Part shown: one piece after another, positions 56,691 through 64,000 of the stretch
Position numbering within the stretch: the stretch's first letter is position 1
How the letters are laid out: each line of letters opens with the position of its first letter
Source of the DNA: an uncultured delta proteobacterium
GTDB taxonomy: Bacteria > Desulfobacterota > Desulfobacteria > Desulfobacterales > UBA11574
Assembly (NCBI GenBank): GCA_963790095.1
Contig: CAWBNO010000034.1
Span: forward strand, 180,681-244,680
Length of the DNA: 64,000 bases
Reading direction: 5' to 3'
Position numbers and translations under genes: made by a program
The notes under the pieces: generated by a model
What the model was told of the DNA's origin: nothing
The model's input: only the letters and a program-made list of their open reading frames with translations
Databases searched by the model: none

Positions 56691-57908
56691 TTATCCCCAA
56701 TTACCATTTTTGCCAGGAATCCTCCCGGTCATCAAGGCAATCTTAAGCCCGCCATGCGGGAGCAGATGGGTGGTCGATTTGAAAGGAACCATTCCGGCAA
56801 GGCGAGGATTGGGCGAAACCAGAACGAATTTCCACCCTTTATATTCTTTTTTCAGTCTCTCGCAAACTGACAAAAAAATCGATTTACTTTCTCGTCGCAA
56901 TCCCAGCCGTCGCCCATACGGCGGATTAAGTGTCACCAGCCCGGGTTGGTCTGTCAGTTCAGTTGGCGAAAGATCGAAAAAATCCCGGGTAGAAACTGCG
57001 ACGATGCCGGACAGACCGTACTGAGTCACGCTGTCTTCAAGTTCGCAAGCCGCACGGTCGTCGCGGTCTGAGGCAAAGATGAAAGGGGTGTTTTTTCGAA
57101 CGATTTTCTTTTTTGCCGCCTTTTTCATATGCTGCCATCGTTTGGGTTGAAACGAGGGCCATTCCATGAAGGCAAAATCCCTGAACTTGCCCGGTGGAAT
57201 CTTCTGGGCTATCAGGGCGGCCTCAATGGCAAATGTGCCGGAACCGCACATGGGGTCTACAAGGGGCTCTGACCCGGTGTACCCGGAGAGTATCAGGGAA
57301 GCGGCAGCAAGGGTCTCCCGAATGGGTGCCTTGGCTGCGCGGGGTTTGATGCCCCGCTTGTGAAGCAGATCGCCGCTGCTGTCAATGGACAGGGTGACAC
57401 GGTTACCTGACAACCGGACAAAGATCTGCTGGGTGACGGTCGGTTCTGGGGTGGCTTCCCCGGAGAATTCGTTCTGTGCAAAGCGGAAAGCCATACTGGC
57501 CTGAACACGCCCGGCAACAGCGTCCTTATGATAAAGCCTTGAATGTCGAGAGGTTACGCGGATGTGGGTCGGGGTACCCGGCAGCATGAAAAGCTCCCAG
57601 GGAACAGCGAACAGATTTTTTTCGAGTTTCCGAAAATTAGGGGCATTAAACGACTCGATGCGCATGAGGAGACGGTTGGCGGTGCGAAGTTTCAGATTTG
57701 CAAGGTAGCAGTCGTGAAGCCGTCCCTTGAATTTAACCCCGCCTTCGACGATGGTCATGGCTGTCCCGGACGGCAAAAGGACTTTCAGCTCCTCCTGGCA
57801 GATCTTTTCAAGCCCCGGTGCGGTTGCGGCAAAAAACTCCCTTTTTCGACCGATCACATGCCGCTTTATCCGTTTTTTAAGCAACGTCTCAGTTGTCGCT
57901 CTGGTCAT
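56691..57908 (-). CDS. THUMP domain-containing class I SAM-dependent RNA methyltransferase
   Basis: 405 aa with an N-terminal THUMP-like region, DPMCGSGTF (SAM motif I) and NPPYGRRLG (motif IV). Confidence 0.85.
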   Translation of the reverse strand: MTRATTETLLKKRIKRHVIGRKREFFAATAPGLEKICQEELKVLLPSGTAMTIVEGGVKFKGRLHDCYLANLKLRTANRLLMRIESFNAPNFRKLEKNLFAVPWELFMLPGTPTHIRVTSRHSRLYHKDAVAGRVQASMAFRFAQNEFSGEATPEPTVTQQIFVRLSGNRVTLSIDSSGDLLHKRGIKPRAAKAPIRETLAAASLILSGYTGSEPLVDPMCGSGTFAIEAALIAQKIPPGKFRDFAFMEWPSFQPKRWQHMKKAAKKKIVRKNTPFIFASDRDDRAACELEDSVTQYGLSGIVAVSTRDFFDLSPTELTDQPGLVTLNPPYGRRLGLRRESKSIFLSVCERLKKEYKGWKFVLVSPNPRLAGMVPFKSTTHLLPHGGLKIALMTGRIPGKNGNWG

Positions 57909-57956
57909 TTCTTTTCCATTTCATTCGACTTTTTGCCGAACACCTCTCGATACCTT

Positions 57957-59129
57957 TTATCTGTTACGGAGATGATCCAGTTTGATCCCGGTCCTTCTTA
58001 TCAGTTCCGATATTTCAGTCGTGTGTTTTTCGGCGTCAGTTTCGCCGAGTTTAACAAGATGAGCCAGATATTGCGGATGAAACATGACCATACTCAGCCA
58101 ATCCGGGCTTGAAGTTTCATGGGTGCCGAGCCCCCGGAATAGATGCCGAAACATATAGGGCAATTCCGGCTCAAATCCACCTGCCACTTTCCCCAGATCC
58201 TCTGAAGGACGCATTGCAAAAAGATTGACCACCTGTCGGTCACCATGCAGTTCTTCAGGAATTTGTTCAAGCAATCGGTTGGTACGCTCAAGTGTTCGGA
58301 CATCCTGATCCAGAGCGTCAAGAAAAATAGCATTCATTAAAGTTCCTGCTATTTGGGCAGGTGGCGGATACCCAATGCATACGGGAGTGTTTGCATCTAC
58401 CATGGATCGTAAGTGACGCGTCGAAATCGCAAGAATCTGCTTTGCACCGAGATATATCGCCGGCGAAAGCGGTGCTGATTGCCGGATACCCCCATCTCCG
58501 AACCATGCATTGCCCACTCTAACCGCCGGAGCAATTAATGGCAAAGAAGCCGACGACATAATGTGATCGATTGTAATTTCAGTTAGTTCGCTTCGTCGCC
58601 AGGGGTGTTTCCACATTCTAATTTCCTTACCCATAACCCATGTCACGGCCTGGCCCGTAGCGTAGCAAGTTCCTGTAATTGCAAAAGCTTTAAGTTTTCC
58701 GTTATCTAAATTTCCTTGGATTCCGGCAATCACATTTCCTTGGGGTAAAAGTGCCCCTTCCAGAAATTTTCGAAGGGGCGTCGAATCCAACAGGCTTCTC
58801 GCAGTCGATACTTTAGGAATCCCCCCGGAAATTAGACGAACTCCCCATCTTAAAATGTTTTGGATAAGTTCCCAGGTGTCCATACAGAAAACCTGATCAA
58901 CGGTTAGCCCAAGCCATAGGTCGGATAGTTCTTCCACAGCCTCTGCAAAGGTGCCCTTGTGATTTGCCAGAAAAGCTGCATTTATAGCTCCCGCGGAAAC
59001 CCCGGTGATTATGGGGATGTCAAGGTCGGGGAAACTCCGGGCAAGGCACCGCAAAAATCCGACTTGATAAGCGGCTCTTGCACCGCCGCCACTTAATACG
59101 AGTGCCAACCTGTTTCTGTCGCCTTCCAT
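57957..59129 (-). CDS. Patatin-like phospholipase family protein
   Basis: 390 aa with LSGGGARAAYQVG (oxyanion hole), GVSAGA (GxSxG) and FGDGGIR (DGG). Confidence 0.85.
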   Translation of the reverse strand: MEGDRNRLALVLSGGGARAAYQVGFLRCLARSFPDLDIPIITGVSAGAINAAFLANHKGTFAEAVEELSDLWLGLTVDQVFCMDTWELIQNILRWGVRLISGGIPKVSTARSLLDSTPLRKFLEGALLPQGNVIAGIQGNLDNGKLKAFAITGTCYATGQAVTWVMGKEIRMWKHPWRRSELTEITIDHIMSSASLPLIAPAVRVGNAWFGDGGIRQSAPLSPAIYLGAKQILAISTRHLRSMVDANTPVCIGYPPPAQIAGTLMNAIFLDALDQDVRTLERTNRLLEQIPEELHGDRQVVNLFAMRPSEDLGKVAGGFEPELPYMFRHLFRGLGTHETSSPDWLSMVMFHPQYLAHLVKLGETDAEKHTTEISELIRRTGIKLDHLRNR

Positions 59130-59163
59130 TAAATGCTCTTCTTTTCCGCTCGTGCGAGAGGTT

Positions 59164-59700
59164 TCAGAACGTTATTGATTTGTTTATGGTCGTCCCGGAA
59201 GTTTCAAGTTCTGAATGATTTTTGTGACCAGACCACTTAGGCAGATCATCGTTTATATCCATAACCCGAACACCATAGAAGATGTGGCAGGTTGGTTTGA
59301 ATTTCGCCGGAACTTTTGATAGACCCCCAAAATTAAAAAGTGATGGAAACCCAAGCCACATATTACGTCCTTCATCAGCAATGAGGGTGCCGCATAACGC
59401 ACAACTGACTTTGCAAGGAAGAATTCTCTCGTGTTCATTGAGTTCACTGTTGTAAAAGTTTAGATGATCAATGCCTTTCGTAATTCTGACGTCATGTTTG
59501 TGAAATATAGCTGCCCATTGCATAGGGGCCCCATGCAGTTTTTGGCATGCCAGGCAATGACATATTTTTGCATCTACAGGATCCGAACACACTTCGTATT
59601 GTACCGCATCGCAGTAGCAACTTGCACGGTATTTAGCTGTAAAATTAACATCTGTAATCGACGCATAATTTGATCCAAATTCTTTATTCATGTTAATCAT
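59164..59700 (-). CDS. GFA (glutathione-dependent formaldehyde-activating / CENP-V) family protein
   Basis: 178 aa with CYCDAVQYEV, CHCLACQKLHGAP and SCALCG zinc-binding Cys patterns. Confidence 0.7.
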   Translation of the reverse strand: MINMNKEFGSNYASITDVNFTAKYRASCYCDAVQYEVCSDPVDAKICHCLACQKLHGAPMQWAAIFHKHDVRITKGIDHLNFYNSELNEHERILPCKVSCALCGTLIADEGRNMWLGFPSLFNFGGLSKVPAKFKPTCHIFYGVRVMDINDDLPKWSGHKNHSELETSGTTINKSITF

Positions 59701-60564
59701 ACCTTAATTGAGCAAAAATAGCGGCTTGTCCGCCTCTGGCGAGGATGCCCTTTAAATTACAACCCTAATTGAGCGAAAGCTTAGGATGCCCCAGATCCAA
59801 GGCATCAAGGACGAAGCCCCGCAGACAAAGCGGGATAGACCTCCGTCATCTACTGCGAGCCCTTGATAACGAAGGAGATAGGGTATTATCAGTTTTTCCG
59901 AAGGGCAAACAAAATGGGATTGTATTAAAAGATTTATATCTAATCTATAGAAGCGGTGTGAAAATACATTTGTATCAACAAAATATATAAAAAACTAATC
60001 AGTTATAATATTTTTCCCAGTTTGTTTGCGATCAATTAGGGTAAAAGTTTCTGTCTTAACCTTTGGTTTGTCAGTTTCCTGCGGGACTCGTTGTTTTTTC
60101 AAAGCAACTCAATAATTAAAAATTTAGATGCGATCCCCATGTTATTCAGTTGATTTGAGCCGCTATAAACATAAAACCCCAGCTCTATTTAGAAGCGGGG
60201 TTCCTTGTCATCATCGCATATGCTTTTCTTTTGTTTAGGGTTAAAGAACTTGTTTCAATATCTGTCATCTATTCGCATAGTTACTACAATCAGTCAAGGC
60301 TAATTTCAAAATCCTATATAGTAGCAGTTACATCGTTTAAATGGATATTTATACAGTTAGAGATATTGAGCAAGAGACATCCAATCTCCCGATTCTTAGA
60401 ATGCTTGCTTTATTTAATTCTTATTTAATCAAGAATCAAGGTTTAACCCCAGCCTTTCTTCCGCAAAAAGGTAGGTGGTATCACAAACATTTTTTCAAGA
60501 AAGGCAAAAAATCACAGATGTCCCGTTTATTTTTCCGAAGCGGTGTTAGATGAGCAACTAAGAA

Positions 60565-60984
60565 TCATCCGATCAATTTCGCTGAAAGATTGATTTCTGT
60601 ACCGGCAAATAGTCTTGAAATTGGGCATTTCTCCTTGGCTTTTTGAGCATATTGAGCAAATTTATCAGGATCCAGGCCGGGCACCTCTGCTTCACAATCT
60701 AAGTCAATACTGGTAATCTTCGGGCCGTCATCTTCTCCCAAATGAATTGAAGCCGTTGTCTGTACCCTTTTAGGCGTAAAATTATCCGCACTCATAATAG
60801 CGGCAAGGTACATTGAAAAGCATCCAGAATGGGCAGCCCCAACAAGCTCTTCAGGATTTGTGCCTTTCCCCTCTTCAAAACGCGATGCAAATGTAAAAGG
60901 TCCTTCAATTTCACCATATTTCATTACACCGTTGCCTTCTTTCAGCGTGCCATTCCATCTGGCAGTTGCTTTACGTGTCGCCAT
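60565..60984 (-). CDS. osmC: OsmC-family peroxiredoxin
   Basis: 139 aa with ATARWNGTLKEG, GTNPEELVGAAHSGCFSM and EKCPISR (the two conserved Cys). Confidence 0.85.
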   Translation of the reverse strand: MATRKATARWNGTLKEGNGVMKYGEIEGPFTFASRFEEGKGTNPEELVGAAHSGCFSMYLAAIMSADNFTPKRVQTTASIHLGEDDGPKITSIDLDCEAEVPGLDPDKFAQYAQKAKEKCPISRLFAGTEINLSAKLIG

Positions 60985-61261
60985 ATTTTCCTCCTGTTCA
61001 GGTAAAGGGTTAAACCGCTAATATTTGATTTTCGTTTGCGATTTTTACAGGGAGCTATCTATCCTCTTAAATCTGGTGTCATCGCTCTGTCAATCTCCGA
61101 CCGAACGCTTAAGCAACTAACATAATCACTAATCAAAAAATTACCATAGAATGAGAAAATCAAGCAAATAAAAAACAGATAATAAAAATAGGCAGGGGCA
61201 TTGCTGAACCCTGCCTATTAATAAATGGCATAAAAACCGAACCTCTCAAGCTCTGGGTCAA

Positions 61262-61564
61262 TCATTTTTTAGGCAGTGTATAGGTCGAAGTGACTTCAAC
61301 GACCATGTCACCTTTGGTTTCATCCTTGGTATAGGATGTAATGTATTTTCCGGCAAATGAGACCTTCCCTTTTATTCCTTCAGACCTGCCGGTCCCCTTG
61401 TTGTGTTCACCACTGCCCTTTATTGAGTATAGCTTTTCGCCAGAAGGCACCCAACTGGTACCTTGATACTTTGATATAATTGAAGAACCGTCTTCAAAGG
61501 TATAATCGCTATACCCCCAAAATGAACCTTCCTGCCCCCTCTTTCTCGTCGGGCCGTGGCTCAC
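61262..61564 (-). CDS. Hypothetical protein, possibly N-terminally truncated
   Basis: 100 aa from a GTG start, beta-rich and Gly/Lys-rich, with no signal peptide. A TCAAG-family repeat lies immediately upstream. Confidence 0.4.
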   Translation of the reverse strand: MSHGPTRKRGQEGSFWGYSDYTFEDGSSIISKYQGTSWVPSGEKLYSIKGSGEHNKGTGRSEGIKGKVSFAGKYITSYTKDETKGDMVVEVTSTYTLPKK

Positions 61565-61691
61565 AGTTCACAGCGAAGGCTGATAATCAAGGATCAAGGT
61601 TTGACCCCAGCCTTTCTCAAGCTGAATGTTAATTTCAAAATATTACAAACGTTATACCACTCATATAACAGTCTTACTTAAGAAACACATC

Positions 61692-62498
61692 TCACCATAT
61701 TTTTACAGCCACAGGGTCTGCGCTTCGGGCATGGAGTGTAATGGCGTCATTGTGGCAGGTTGCGCGACATATCCCACAACCGAAACATTGGCGAACGTCT
61801 ATCTCCACTTTCTTATTCGCTACGGAATAACGGATTGCCCCGAAATGGCATTGCCGCATGCAATTCCGGCACCCATTGCAGGCGTCTAAATCCACTTGCG
61901 CGATATACTCACCCCGAAACATTGTTTGGTAGTAACTGCGTGAATAGGAAATACGATACGCGATGCAATCCTTGTCACAATTGCATACCGCACCAATATA
62001 CGGGGTTTTGAACGTCCAGATGGAATGAAACAGACCTTTTTGACCCAGAATACGGATCGACTCAATTGCCTCGGAAGATTTGATAACCTCGAGGTTGAAA
62101 GAGTTGTCAACTTCAGCAGCCAGCTGTGGGTCAGCCGTTAAGGCATAACAGTATCGTGCGTTTTTCTGCCCAGCGGTCACCCGGCGGCATGGACACGACA
62201 GCCGATAAATTCCATCCATCTGGGCAAGGATTTTCTCCATATCCTCCAAGGGGACGATTTGACCGAAGTGATCCCGCTTCTGTGATCGTGTGAGAAAAGG
62301 TTTTGCTAAATTGAGAAATGGCGTACGCGAGAGCTTCTCCAACTGAGTTAGGCTTCTGGGAATTCGTTCTTCGAAAGTATTTGCGAAATAACTCATATAC
62401 CCAATTCGGTCCTGCTGGTGCAGAAGCTCCTTTGAGTAGTTTTCCATTGCAAGATACCATTTCTCGCCATCACCGTGTTTTACACAAAATTCGCACAT
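61692..62498 (-). CDS. 4Fe-4S dicluster domain-containing protein
   Basis: 268 aa with N-terminal MCEFCVKHG and a C-terminal ferredoxin pair CNGCRNCMRQC...CFGCGICRATC. Confidence 0.75.
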   Translation of the reverse strand: MCEFCVKHGDGEKWYLAMENYSKELLHQQDRIGYMSYFANTFEERIPRSLTQLEKLSRTPFLNLAKPFLTRSQKRDHFGQIVPLEDMEKILAQMDGIYRLSCPCRRVTAGQKNARYCYALTADPQLAAEVDNSFNLEVIKSSEAIESIRILGQKGLFHSIWTFKTPYIGAVCNCDKDCIAYRISYSRSYYQTMFRGEYIAQVDLDACNGCRNCMRQCHFGAIRYSVANKKVEIDVRQCFGCGICRATCHNDAITLHARSADPVAVKIW

Positions 62499-62711
62499 AT
62501 CGGGTTCTCCATTAAAGACAATTCCAAGAATTTCTCATCTGATCAAAGGGTTATAGTAAGCCTCCACAACCTCCTCGTACGCCTCCTTTTCCTCTTCGAC
62601 CGCCGCATTGCGGCGCTCCAACACCCACAGAAATGTCGATGTGACTTCTAGCAGATTGTTCGGATTACCTCAATAGTTGCCTATCTTCAATTTAAGACGC
62701 TGATACAACTT

Positions 62712-63803
62712 TTAATAAGAAAAAGAGATCGTGAAGGACCCAAAGCCATACGGATCTTGTTGTTCTTCGAATTCTTTGGTCCGAAATGTATAACCATAGC
62801 TGAATTTAAACTCTTGATAGTAAACTGCTATGCCTACCATTAGGTCTGCAACAAAATATTTCTTGTCCACACTATGGCTATCTTTGAATGAATTACCATC
62901 GAGAAAAATATCTCGTAATACTAAGCGACTATCCAATATGGCAAACAGATGGACGCTGGAAAGAATTCTTCTGAAATCTCCAGTCTCATCATGATTGAAA
63001 GCTGGGTTTGTTTCACATCCCGGCCGAATTGGGCAACTGCCGAAGTCACCAGGGATAAACCATCCCAGACGAAATTCGGCACCACCATTTGCGTAAATGG
63101 CCACATTGCCGATCCGTCCGCCTATATGAGGTATCAAATCATAGCCAAAGCCAATTTGGTTCTGTGAGTAAAGCACCCGCCACTTGGTTTCATAAACAGC
63201 TTCTATTGTCGGTTCGTTTTGAAGTTGATTATCCCAACCTTGAGCACGTGGAACTTCAATCAAGTCATGCACAAAATCTTGGGTTTCCTGAGCAAGGGAA
63301 GCTGGACCTACAACACCGACATTGAGTTGCCAGGTATCTTTTCGGTTACTGAATATGCTATTAAATCCGACTCCGAAATAAAGGTAACCCGCATACGGAC
63401 GATCGTCTTCGATTAGTTCACTGGTTTGTGTATCTTCAGGGGTAAACATCAACTGTCCGATCGATAATGATATAGCACGTTGGGCGGTCGGGTTCTTTAC
63501 AAAAGGCAACCGGTTGATAATCGGATAACTCCAACCAGGCAGGCGTCCATCTTCTGGCTTGCTTTCCACGTAAGGAGTACTCCAGCTTAGTTGGATACCG
63601 TTAGTATAATTGCTGTCAGTGCCTCCAAATGTATCATTTTCCCAGTATAGTGTGAAATTATCGAAAAAATTTTCTTTCTTTTCTTTTTCGGCAAACGCGG
63701 ATGACGGAAGTAAAAAGAAAAGTGTCAATATTGTTAGAAAGGCGATTTTGAGGTTCAAATATAGAATGCGGTTTATCAGTCGGCTGAAAAACAATATTTT
63801 CAT
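62712..63803 (-). CDS. Lipid A deacylase LpxR-family outer-membrane protein (DUF2219)
   Basis: 363 aa with a signal peptide ending SAFA. Contains WENDTFGGTDSNYTNGIQLSW, and the beta-barrel has a C-terminal ...FTISFSY. Confidence 0.75.
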   Translation of the reverse strand: MKILFFSRLINRILYLNLKIAFLTILTLFFLLPSSAFAEKEKKENFFDNFTLYWENDTFGGTDSNYTNGIQLSWSTPYVESKPEDGRLPGWSYPIINRLPFVKNPTAQRAISLSIGQLMFTPEDTQTSELIEDDRPYAGYLYFGVGFNSIFSNRKDTWQLNVGVVGPASLAQETQDFVHDLIEVPRAQGWDNQLQNEPTIEAVYETKWRVLYSQNQIGFGYDLIPHIGGRIGNVAIYANGGAEFRLGWFIPGDFGSCPIRPGCETNPAFNHDETGDFRRILSSVHLFAILDSRLVLRDIFLDGNSFKDSHSVDKKYFVADLMVGIAVYYQEFKFSYGYTFRTKEFEEQQDPYGFGSFTISFSY

Positions 63804-64000
63804 TTAGCGCCTGCGTATTAGATATGTACGAGTTAAGGCCGTGTTTAGACACTAATCAGAAGCTGTCATATCTTGATCTCAATAACAATTTAATTACAGA
63901 TATCGTTCAAAGTACGATAAACAAATCGATTTTTTTATATAGCCATTTCAAAACCTTCCGGTGAGTGATTTTTGAGTCTTTGTCGAAAAGCGCTTAGCGA

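Noticed and set aside
57957-59129. Patatin-like phospholipase as a CBASS-type defence effector
   Set aside because: No cyclic-oligonucleotide synthase, SAVED/STING or other signalling partner is adjacent. The neighbours are a THUMP methyltransferase and a GFA-family protein, with ordinary composition.
1-64000. CRISPR array, rRNA, integrase/transposase, reverse transcriptase (retron/DGR), toxin-antitoxin pairs
   Set aside because: I found no regularly spaced short direct repeats with unique spacers. No rRNA-like segments were found, and no ORF carries recombinase, DDE, Y1/HUH or RT motifs. The repeats present are dispersed or foldback types.

Overview
This is a 64-kb chromosomal segment with about 60 protein genes (roughly 50 on the minus strand) and one tRNA. 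I found no rRNA, CRISPR array, integrase, transposase or reverse transcriptase. All protein calls come from reading the supplied translations for motifs I know; no database search was possible. The gene content looks like an anaerobic deltaproteobacterial (Desulfobacterota-type) genome. This is an inference. Recognisable genes include ileS-lspA, a BMP-family nucleoside ABC transporter with gpt embedded, rfbA/rfbD, pyruvate kinase, tesB, a glpQ-glpD cluster, recQ and a DEAD-box helicase. Also present are an iron-sulfur flavoprotein, MFS and ABC-2 exporters, an SLT/SPOR murein enzyme, pgm, a THUMP methyltransferase, patatin, OsmC and LpxR. I did not recognise a canonical multi-gene defence or secretion system. 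The unusual content is mostly non-coding, because the window is saturated with several families of interspersed structured repeats. (1) A 95-125 nt 'R element' has three ~95% identical copies, all in one orientation, each fused to the 3' end of a different gene, plus fragments elsewhere. (2) A foldback MITE-like family has TCGTAAAAAGTC / GACTTTTTACGA ends, in 75-bp and 200-bp forms. (3) A 214-bp nested palindrome has 18-bp terminal inverted repeats. (4) Several short repeat motifs recur. The best candidate for something new is the low-GC stretch at 48.0-54.8 kb. There, eleven short same-strand ORFs (PilZ x2, TPR x3, a stand-alone AsnC-type ligand-binding domain, an FmdB zinc ribbon, an EF-hand, an HD hydrolase and two tiny ORFs) are separated by these structured elements in a cassette-like arrangement. 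Other notable points are an unlisted 46-aa CXXC peptide gene next to a membrane 4Fe-4S protein and a TlpA-type thioredoxin, a kinase-like gene broken by a C6 homopolymer frameshift and a repeat insertion, a 170-bp G-depleted polypyrimidine tract, phased A-tract arrays, and a ~110-bp tandem duplication in a 600-bp intergenic gap.
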